This document shows, one piece after another, positions 1 through 5,353 of a DNA stretch of 5,353 nucleotides. Every line of letters starts with the position of its first letter. Within the stretch, counting starts at the first letter, position 1. This stretch comes from a virus (lineage: Duplodnaviria; Heunggongvirae; Uroviricota; Caudoviricetes). The position numbers and the translations under genes were made by a program. Below the pieces are notes generated by a model. It was not told the DNA's origin. It ran no database searches and saw only the letters and a program-made list of their open reading frames with translations. Where the stretch lies: IMG/VR virus record IMGVR_UViG_2657245634_000006; one strand, given 5' to 3'.

Positions 1-1085
1 TTGAATCCGTTCTCGACCTGACCGGTAAACTGAATGAGGTTGAGTTCCGTGCAGAAGCCTCCACGTCCGTCATCCCAGCCACGAATAAATTCACCGCGTA
101 AATCAGGCAATTTATTTGTCGGATAAACCTTTGCCAGTTCCGGGTATTCTTCAGCAGAAAAAGCCGCACCGTTGCATTTCAGCCAGCCAGTAGGCGGTGT
201 GGCTGAAGGCCACGGAACAGGCACACCAACGGGTAATGCCGAACCTTCTCCCAAACCAAGGTATACGAGAAGACCGGCAACATCCTTTCCACTCAAATGA
301 GTCAGCGTATTGTCCAGCGGTTGTTTACCTGCCAGCGCATTGTTAATGGTGGTGCTGAATTTCGGGTCATTGTTAATGGCCGCGGCAATTTCTTTCAGTG
401 TGTCCAGTGTGGCTGGCGCACCGTTAATCAGAGCGGTAATAGCGGCCTGAACAAACTCAGTGGTCGCAATCCGCGTGGTGTTATTTCCTGCGGCAGGCGT
501 CGGCGCTTTTGGTTCTCCGGTAAATGTCGGATTATGTTTCTGTGCATACTGGGTATGAGGATCCTGTGCGGCAATGTGGTTTCTCATCTGGTCATCCACA
601 TACAGCCTTAATTCCAGGACTTCATCATCCACGTATTTACGGGTCGCCAGTACCACCGACGGGTCGATTTTCAGCGTAATAGCTTCGGTATTCGTGACAA
701 CCAGAATCATGCGGATAGTCTGGGTACGACCACTGCCTTCCTGCAACTGCGGTTTGTACGTTTCCGGGCAGTTCGCCACCGCAATGAGTACGCCTTCTTC
801 ATCATAAAGCCCAATCTCACGGATCCAGAATCCGCCCTCGTTCTCAGGGATGATTTGCTCCGCAATAATCTGGCTCTGGTTGTTCGGGTCAACACTCAGA
901 AGATTCAGCGGCGCAATGCGTTTCTGGTTAATCAGTTTTGTCTGTGCCGGGTCTGGTGTCGGCAAGACACCATTCGCATCACCAACGGCCATTTGCGTCA
1001 GATTCAGCTTACTGCCGAGCATCGTCGCGTTAGCCAGCCGTGCTGCGCCCTGATTAGTCAGAATGGCGTAGTATTTCACTGTCAT
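1..1085 (-). CDS. H: Tail fiber protein, P2 gpH-like; N-terminal 361 codons, 3' end beyond window start
   Basis: Absent from the ORF track because no stop codon falls in the window. I translated the minus strand by hand in the frame set by ATG at 1085..1083; no TAA/TAG/TGA occurs down to position 3. The ATG overlaps the stop of gene I (ATGA at 1082-1085). Translation reads MTVKYYAILTNQGAARLANATMLGSKLNLTQMAVGDANGVLPTPD..., continues through NPTFTGEPKAPTPAAGNNTTRIATTEFVQAAITALINGAPATLDTLKEIAAAINNDPKF (tail-fiber repeat-like) and ends in-window with WPSATPPTGWLKCNGAAFSAEEYPELAKVYPTNKLPDLRGEFIRGWDDGRGG (tail-collar-like). Position after gene I and the family assignment rest on remembered P2 gene order and tail fiber architecture. 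Confidence 0.8.
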   Translation of the reverse strand, partial: MTVKYYAILTNQGAARLANATMLGSKLNLTQMAVGDANGVLPTPDPAQTKLINQKRIAPLNLLSVDPNNQSQIIAEQIIPENEGGFWIREIGLYDEEGVLIAVANCPETYKPQLQEGSGRTQTIRMILVVTNTEAITLKIDPSVVLATRKYVDDEVLELRLYVDDQMRNHIAAQDPHTQYAQKHNPTFTGEPKAPTPAAGNNTTRIATTEFVQAAITALINGAPATLDTLKEIAAAINNDPKFSTTINNALAGKQPLDNTLTHLSGKDVAGLLVYLGLGEGSALPVGVPVPWPSATPPTGWLKCNGAAFSAEEYPELAKVYPTNKLPDLRGEFIRGWDDGRGGFCTELNLIQFTGQVENGF

Positions 1086-1693
1086 GCGTTTACTCTCAGG
1101 TTATCAATTAAATGAATGGCCGAGGCCGGGAAATAATCCCCTCCGACAATAATGGCCTCCGGGGTGTAGGGATAAACCGTCAGGGCGTCGCCGTGATAGC
1201 ATCCCGCACCGGCAAAAATGTTGCCGGTTGTACTTAAACTGATAGCCAGTCCCGTCAGATGGCGGCTTGCCGGTTTTGCATCAGCAACGAGGCGCTCCAG
1301 CTCCTGATACATTTCCTCGGTAATACCCTGCTCAAGCACGCCAACAACGATGCGGAACGTCCCCGGCTCCTCGTTGAGCTGCCACCACTCCCTCACCTCA
1401 ATCAGATAGCCGAGCGGCTCCACCACACGCCGGATTGCGCCTATAGTGCCCTTATGGCAGTGAATGAAATACGCATCGCGGATAACAGCGCGTTTTGTCG
1501 CTTCCGGCCACTTATCATCCCAGCGGTCAACCGAAAATGACCACGCCAGCCACGGCAGCAGATTTGCCGGGCAGGTGTCCGGGTTCCACAGCTCACGAAT
1601 ACTGACCGGCGTTTTTTCAATTTCCGCACAGGCTTTTGCGGCGGCAACTTCAAGCGGTGATGAGCCGGTCGGCAGCAGTCGCGAATCACTCAT
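1082..1693 (-). CDS. I: Baseplate/tail protein I, P2 gpI-like
   Basis: ORF-track ORF of 203 aa starting MSDSRLLPTGSSPLEVAAAKACAEIEKTPVSIRELWNPD..., which I recognise as the P2 gpI family. ATG at 1693..1691 overlaps the stop of J by 8 nt (ATGAGTGA). It sits between J and H as in P2. Confidence 0.88.
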   Translation of the reverse strand: MSDSRLLPTGSSPLEVAAAKACAEIEKTPVSIRELWNPDTCPANLLPWLAWSFSVDRWDDKWPEATKRAVIRDAYFIHCHKGTIGAIRRVVEPLGYLIEVREWWQLNEEPGTFRIVVGVLEQGITEEMYQELERLVADAKPASRHLTGLAISLSTTGNIFAGAGCYHGDALTVYPYTPEAIIVGGDYFPASAIHLIDNLRVNA

Positions 1694-2594
1694 CCGAGCC
1701 TCCGGTCACGACGCGGTATTCGGTACAGAAAGACGCCTGCGTACTGTTGAGCACGATGTCGGCCAGTGGTGCAGCCAGTTCGACACGCTGCACACCTTCC
1801 ACATGCAAAGCGGCATAAATGGCAGACAGACGGATGTCGCGCCCCAGCCGGTGCTGTGCCGTGATGTACGCTTCCAGTTTTTTCACGGCGGCAGCGCGTA
1901 TGGGTTCGCTTTCGGGACCAGGGTAAAGGTAAAGCGTGGCGTTTATCTGGTATTCAACGATGGCGGCAGACTGCACGGTCACGCGGTCGGCCACCGGCCT
2001 GACGTCCTCGCCATTAAGGGCGTTACGCACCACAGCCAGCAGGTCTTCGGATGCGACACCGTTATTTTCACGTGACAGTACGGAGATGGTGACGCAGGCC
2101 GGAGACGGACTGGTGACAGAGATATCCGCGACACGCCCGTCGGCACTGCGACCATGATACTGATAGGCTCCCACCGACCCGGCGACGCTTAAACCTTCAA
2201 ACGCCTGCTGAATACGCAGACGATAATCGGTGTCAGACTCCATCACTGCCGGTGTCGGCGGGATGGTCGAATCATCTGCCGGGGTGATAGTCAGGCGCGT
2301 GGTGTTGTAATTGGCACCAATCACATCAAGGTCATTACCGGCAGCACAGGCCAGCATCACCGCCCGTGCGGCCTCATTCACACGCTGACGCCAGATAAGC
2401 TCACGATAAGCATTTTCCTCCAGCAGTTTGACGAGAGGCTCAGATTCCAGCGTCAGGGTACGGGCGACCGCCTCCTGCTGGTCTTCCGGGTAAAGGGAAA
2501 TCAGTGTCGCCTTGCGTTCGGCGAGAATGGTTTCAAAATCCAGCTCCTCGACCACATCCGGTGCGGGTAGCTGGTTCAGGTCGATAATCGGCAT
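1686..2594 (-). CDS. J: Baseplate assembly protein J, P2 gpJ-like
   Basis: 302 aa ORF starting MPIIDLNQLPAPDVVEELDFETILAERKATLISLYPEDQQEAVARTLTLESEPLVKLLEENAYRELIWRQR..., recognised as baseplate J family. ATG at 2594..2592 lies 4 nt downstream of the W stop codon (2599-2601 on plus). Synteny W-J-I. Confidence 0.9.
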   Translation of the reverse strand: MPIIDLNQLPAPDVVEELDFETILAERKATLISLYPEDQQEAVARTLTLESEPLVKLLEENAYRELIWRQRVNEAARAVMLACAAGNDLDVIGANYNTTRLTITPADDSTIPPTPAVMESDTDYRLRIQQAFEGLSVAGSVGAYQYHGRSADGRVADISVTSPSPACVTISVLSRENNGVASEDLLAVVRNALNGEDVRPVADRVTVQSAAIVEYQINATLYLYPGPESEPIRAAAVKKLEAYITAQHRLGRDIRLSAIYAALHVEGVQRVELAAPLADIVLNSTQASFCTEYRVVTGGSDE

Positions 2595-2598
2595 GGTT

Positions 2599-2946
2599 TC
2601 AACTCACAGGGATGGTTAACGAAAGTGGCTGGCCGGTGTCGTTGTGCTGGCCGGTTAACGTGACCGTCATTCGCCCGTCAAAACTGCGCTCAGTGGTGAC
2701 GGATGACAGGGTGACGCGGGGTTCCCATTTCAGCACCGCCATGTAACAGGCGACCTTAATCTGCAACTCAAGCGCCGGGGTCTGCGGCTGGTCAATCATT
2801 GATGCCAGCAACGAGCCGTAATCACGACGCATCACCCGTGAGCCGACCGGCGTGCGCAGGATATCGCCGATACTCTGGCTGATATGCTCAAGGTCAGTGA
2901 CAGTCAGGCCATCACTGCGATTCATTCCGAGATAACGCGCAGTCAT
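2599..2946 (-). CDS. W: Baseplate assembly protein W, P2 gpW-like (T4 gp25 family)
   Basis: 115 aa ORF starting MTARYLGMNRSDGLTVTDLEHISQSIGDILRTPVGSRVMRRDYGSLLASMID..., recognised as the GPW/gp25 baseplate wedge family. ATG at 2946..2944 overlaps the V stop (ATGA at 2943-2946). Confidence 0.9.
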   Translation of the reverse strand: MTARYLGMNRSDGLTVTDLEHISQSIGDILRTPVGSRVMRRDYGSLLASMIDQPQTPALELQIKVACYMAVLKWEPRVTLSSVTTERSFDGRMTVTLTGQHNDTGQPLSLTIPVS

Positions 2947-3578
2947 AGAGGTCCCCCGGTTGTGCCGCCGCTGTCGCCGGGGTGTTTATGGGTATGCAGT
3001 ACCTTACCGTTTGATGAGAGTTCACCGCCGGTGTGTTCAATGTTGCCGCGCATCGTCCCGCCCTTCTGCACTTCCAGCGTGCCGGTAGTCAGTTTGTTAG
3101 TGCAGACCACTTCCGGTGTGTCCAGGGTGACACGGGTTGACGCTTTCACCGTGACCACCGGTACCGTGGCAGTAACAGAATCAGAAGCCGTCACGCTGGC
3201 CGTTTTAATTCCGCTTACCGTGAGTGCACTGGTTTCGGGTTCATACTCAATCACCGCCCCGTCAGGGAAACGGATATGCAGGGCATCCGCCGACACAGAC
3301 GGCGAGGGGTTATCGCCGGAATAAATCCCCGGCAGAACGAACGCCGTGTCGAGTTCACCGCCCACGGCCAGAATCAGCACCTGCTCCCCCACGGAAGGTG
3401 CCCACCATGTGCGCGAACGACCGGCACGATGGGTCAGCCACTGAAGCCAGTCAGTGCACATGCCGCCGGTCTGCACACGGCAGCGACCGGCGTTAAGGTC
3501 GGTTTCGACGACTAGGCCGGTACGAATCATGTTGCGCAGTGCGCGCGCGAGTTCCTGAATATTTGCGAGAGTGTTCAT
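2943..3578 (-). CDS. V: Baseplate spike / assembly protein V, P2 gpV-like
   Basis: The ORF track gives 2943..3596 with a TTG start (plus 3594-3596 is caa). I place the start at the in-frame ATG at 3578..3576, giving 211 aa beginning MNTLANIQELARALRNMIRTGLVVETDLNAGRCRVQTGG..., which matches my memory of the P2 gpV N-terminus. No obvious Shine-Dalgarno precedes either start, so the start is not fully certain. Confidence 0.87.
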   Translation of the reverse strand: MNTLANIQELARALRNMIRTGLVVETDLNAGRCRVQTGGMCTDWLQWLTHRAGRSRTWWAPSVGEQVLILAVGGELDTAFVLPGIYSGDNPSPSVSADALHIRFPDGAVIEYEPETSALTVSGIKTASVTASDSVTATVPVVTVKASTRVTLDTPEVVCTNKLTTGTLEVQKGGTMRGNIEHTGGELSSNGKVLHTHKHPGDSGGTTGGPL

Positions 3579-3661
3579 GCATGTGAGATTGCACAATATA
3601 TAAAAGTTATGCTATCTGGATTCATTTGTAGAACTACCAGACAACATTCAAGGAGAGCGTA
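3579..3661. promoter_or_regulatory. Divergent intergenic control region between V (minus) and cargo ORF (plus); putative promoters, positions uncertain
   Basis: 83-bp AT-rich spacer. Plus strand has TATATATAAAAG (3597-3608) as a possible -10 for the cargo gene, with a weak -35 (TTCATG 3574-3579 or TTGCAC 3589-3594). On the minus strand TATATT (3600..3595) is a possible -10 for V, with no good -35. The dyad TTGTAGAACTACCAGACAA (3626-3644) has TGT-N11-ACA outer halves resembling the P2 late-promoter activator element (consensus TGT-N12-ACA). All are visual matches only. Confidence 0.3.
3650..3655 (+). promoter_or_regulatory. Shine-Dalgarno sequence (AAGGAG) of the cargo ORF
   Basis: AAGGAG with a 6-nt spacer to ATG at 3662, read directly from the sequence. 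Confidence 0.6.
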
Positions 3662-4447
3662 ATGGTCAGCTATAATGTGACTAATGTGTGGGGGCTAATC
3701 GTTTTTTTCCTTTGTAGCTTTGCAGTATTAGCATTTTTTAGCTTTGGTAAAAGTAACCTTATGAGGCTTATTGCACATTATTTCAATTTTGGATATTCAG
3801 ACAAAAAATTAAAAAGACTTGACCGCGAGTGGCGCGACATTCAACTATTTAAAATAATTAACGGAATCAATGTATCAGGCATTGAAAATGTGAGAATGAT
3901 ACAGCAGGGACTGATTGATGGAAAACTAAAAACATCGTATTTTTTCCTTACTCGCATCTGGGGTGACATAACAAAACCACCACACATAATTAAAACAATA
4001 ATTGTAATTCTGGCCAGTATTTTTTACATTCTTCTCGCATGTTACATACACAACGAACAATCCGTTATAGTAAGGGATGCCATAGGCATACCATATAAAA
4101 ACATGATGTACTATGTTTATAGTGACAAAGTTCTTTTATCCTTCAAAAATAAAGCAGTTGAATTTAATAAAACTTATAGCCTTGCCGATTGCAAGAGACT
4201 GCAAAACGTATTTATAAAAGACACACTTCCTGAGATCGCCTGCAATAAGCTCTTACAGCTAAACGAGGAGGACTCCGAATGGTTAAGTCAGGAGATTAAA
4301 GATAATAACAGTCACAAAAAAGCATTATTAATACTATCCCTCGTCTATTTCACTTCAGGTCTGGTTATATTCCTGTCATATACAAAATTCTTTTACGCCA
4401 ATAAGAAGGTTTTAGAATACAAAGCATCAAATAAAAATCACTCATAA
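3662..4447 (+). CDS. Hypothetical integral membrane protein with three predicted TM helices; AT-rich accessory (moron) gene at the S/V junction
   Basis: 261 aa ORF on the strand opposite to all tail genes. AAGGAG at 3650-3655 lies 6 nt upstream of ATG 3662. TAA stop at 4445-4447 is followed by a hairpin. Hydrophobic stretches at aa 9-28 (VWGLIVFFLCSFAVLAFFSF), aa 109-129 (IIKTIIVILASIFYILLACYI) and aa 221-240 (ALLILSLVYFTSGLVIFLSY). Codon usage is strongly A/T-biased, unlike the flanking genes. I recognise no catalytic or nucleotide-binding motif. Confidence 0.8.
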   Translation: MVSYNVTNVWGLIVFFLCSFAVLAFFSFGKSNLMRLIAHYFNFGYSDKKLKRLDREWRDIQLFKIINGINVSGIENVRMIQQGLIDGKLKTSYFFLTRIWGDITKPPHIIKTIIVILASIFYILLACYIHNEQSVIVRDAIGIPYKNMMYYVYSDKVLLSFKNKAVEFNKTYSLADCKRLQNVFIKDTLPEIACNKLLQLNEEDSEWLSQEIKDNNSHKKALLILSLVYFTSGLVIFLSYTKFFYANKKVLEYKASNKNHS

Positions 4448-4452
4448 ACCTC

Positions 4453-4489
4453 TAAACATTGAGCGACCAGCATGGCCGCTCAATGTTTA
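4453..4489. terminator. Candidate bidirectional intrinsic terminator hairpin between convergent cargo ORF and gene S
   Basis: Read directly: AAACATTGAGCG (4454-4465) and CGCTCAATGTTT (4477-4488) are perfect reverse complements, with 4453 T and 4489 A extending the stem to 13 bp. The 11-nt loop ACCAGCATGGC can pair further (CCA/TGG). It is followed on plus by TTTAATT and on minus by a T-rich but interrupted tract. It lies 5 nt after the cargo TAA stop and about 30 nt after the S stop. Confidence 0.5.
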
Positions 4490-4518
4490 ATTGCGCATCA
4501 GCCTCTGACTGGATAAAA

Positions 4519-4971
4519 CTAACGCTCAAGGTGAGCCAGGATAATCTCTTCAATCATCTGCACATCCTCACAGGTAAAGCCGAGCAGAGGACGCGCCGGA
4601 TAATCAATTTTCTTACCGTCTTTCCGGGTTTCTTCCGACAGACCGAACTGATGCACGCTGGCGATTTTCGGTGACTTCCCGCCGTAAAACTCCATTGATG
4701 CCTGTTCCGGGCTGGCGCGGATATGCAAAAAACGACTGGTGATAAGTTTCGCAAACATTTTTCGCTTAACACGACCAGTCTTTTTTCTGGCGCTCTGCTG
4801 CTGGCGTGGCGCGTAGGGTGTGCCGTCCGGGGCTTTCTGAGCCATCACCCGACGTTGCTGACTCTGCCGCAGACGTTTCGCCAGTTCGGCGCTCAGTCGC
4901 CGACGCCCTGACGGTGACAGCGATTCAGTCAGTCCGGTCAGCCGGTCTTCAAAACGCTTAAACTCATTCAT
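4519..4971 (-). CDS. S: Tail completion protein S, P2 gpS-like
   Basis: 150 aa ORF starting MNEFKRFEDRLTGLTESLSPSGRRRLSAELAKRLRQSQQRRVMAQKAPDGTPYAPRQQQSARKK..., recognised as the P2 gpS family. ATG at 4971..4969 overlaps the R stop by 8 nt (ATGAATGA). TAG stop at 4521..4519. Confidence 0.9.
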   Translation of the reverse strand: MNEFKRFEDRLTGLTESLSPSGRRRLSAELAKRLRQSQQRRVMAQKAPDGTPYAPRQQQSARKKTGRVKRKMFAKLITSRFLHIRASPEQASMEFYGGKSPKIASVHQFGLSEETRKDGKKIDYPARPLLGFTCEDVQMIEEIILAHLER

Positions 4972-5353
4972 CCCACTTGCTCACCAGTTCGCCATTGATA
5001 TAAAGCTCCACCGGGCGGGTGACCGGCTCCGGCGGCGTGGGTTCCGGGATATTCTTCACATGCAGCGCACCGTCAACCTCACTGACCAGCGTGCGCTCGG
5101 TCAGCATCAGGCTGATGCTGATATCAAAGCTGCTGTCATTGTTGATGTCTGCATAAAACGTGAAGCCCTTTTTCTGGCCTTCGTCGGTGGTCATGATGTC
5201 GGGCTGATTTTCCCGCAGCCACGCCAGCACCGGCACGATGAGCAGGTCAAAATCACCGGTAAAGTCGGTCACAATGACATTGAGCGTGTAACGCTTTTCA
5301 AATGACAGCGACGCCGCCAGTGTGGAGGCAATACTCCCGTTATCCACGAATAT
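4964..5353 (-). CDS. R: Tail completion protein R, P2 gpR-like; C-terminal part, 5' end probably beyond window end
   Basis: The ORF track gives 4964..5347 from a GTG (plus 5345-5347 is cac), but the frame stays open through the last two in-window codons (5348-5353). The protein (...VDNGSIASTLAASLSFEKRYTLNVIVTDFTGDFDLLIVPVLAWLRENQPDIMTTDEGQKKGFTFYADINND...) matches my memory of P2 gpR, which I recall as longer than 127 aa. TGA stop at 4966..4964. Confidence 0.8.
   Translation of the reverse strand: MFVDNGSIASTLAASLSFEKRYTLNVIVTDFTGDFDLLIVPVLAWLRENQPDIMTTDEGQKKGFTFYADINNDSSFDISISLMLTERTLVSEVDGALHVKNIPEPTPPEPVTRPVELYINGELVSKWDE

Larger units (their letters stand above)
3579..4452. other. AT-rich compositional island (probable horizontally acquired moron) inside the tail gene cluster
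   Basis: Manual spot counts: 3961-4020 has 20 G+C of 60 (about 33%), whereas 3301-3360 inside gene V has 37 of 60 (about 62%). The shift is abrupt at the V start (about 3580) and at the hairpin (about 4450). Boundaries are approximate. Confidence 0.6.

Noticed and set aside
707-895. Minus-strand ORF of 62 aa in the ORF track
   Set aside because: Out of frame with the continuous H reading frame that I verified by hand from 1085 to 3; it is an alternative-frame artefact.
1441-1689. Minus-strand ORF of 82 aa in an alternative frame inside gene I
   Set aside because: It is wholly contained within the I coding region in a different frame, with an Arg-rich translation; frame-shifted noise rather than a gene.
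1464-2075. Plus-strand ORF of 203 aa, and similar plus-strand ORFs at 297-611, 574-807, 850-1053, 855-1115, 1259-1540, 1636-1818 and 1936-2157
   Set aside because: All lie antisense to strongly supported tail genes (H, I, J) on the minus strand. The translations are Arg/Ser/Cys-rich and low-complexity, typical of shadow ORFs in GC-rich coding DNA, and none has a convincing SD.
2884-3515. Plus-strand ORFs 2884-3324 (146 aa), 3224-3496 (90 aa) and 3276-3515 (79 aa)
   Set aside because: Antisense to gene V and the start of W; Arg/Pro-rich shadow frames. The minus-strand V product matches the P2 gpV family, so these are discounted.
3594-3596. TTG as the start codon of V (ORF-track start)
   Set aside because: The in-frame ATG at 3578 gives an N-terminus (MNTLANIQELARAL...) that matches my memory of P2 gpV. 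The TTG extension would place coding sequence inside the AT-rich intergenic island.
3673-3688. Direct repeat TAATGTG(A)CTAATGTG just inside the cargo ORF, considered as a possible operator or late-promoter element
   Set aside because: It simply encodes the repeated residues N-V-T-N-V at codons 5-9 and lies inside coding sequence; there is no dyad symmetry matching TGT-N12-ACA on the relevant strand.
4459-4911. ORFs overlapping gene S: plus 4459-4674 (71 aa), plus 4723-4911 (62 aa), minus 4554-4772 (72 aa)
   Set aside because: They are antisense or out of frame relative to the well-supported S gene, with no independent support. The first does start inside the S-cargo intergenic hairpin region, but it has no SD and runs antisense through S.
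5345-5347. GTG at 5347 as the true start of gene R
   Set aside because: The frame remains open to the window edge and I recall P2 gpR as longer than 127 aa, so the start is more likely beyond the window. I cannot confirm this without the adjacent sequence.
1-5353. Search for CRISPR repeats, tRNA or rRNA genes, IS elements or terminal inverted repeats, integrase or att sites
   Set aside because: No spaced direct repeats, no cloverleaf-like or rRNA-like stretches and no transposase or integrase-like ORF were seen; the window is filled by tail genes plus the single cargo gene.

Overview
This window is a P2-like (Peduovirus-type) phage or prophage tail and baseplate module, encoded entirely on the minus strand in the canonical order R (partial) - S - V - W - J - I - H (partial). 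The tail proteins were recognised from memory of the P2 gene products; no database search was run. The genes are tightly packed, with overlapping stop/start codons. The one exception to the layout is an AT-rich island of about 0.87 kb (roughly 3579-4452) between S and V. It carries a single plus-strand ORF (3662-4447, 261 aa) with a strong Shine-Dalgarno sequence, three predicted transmembrane helices and no motif I can recognise. It is flanked downstream by a hairpin shared with the convergent S gene. This is the position where P2 itself carries a non-essential accessory ORF (orf30), and this gene is the best candidate in the window for an undescribed accessory function such as anti-phage defence or superinfection exclusion. 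That functional reading is inference only. The tail fibre gene H is missing from the supplied ORF track because it runs off the left edge; I translated it by hand and found it open from 1085 to the window start. No tRNA, rRNA, CRISPR array, integrase or IS element was seen.
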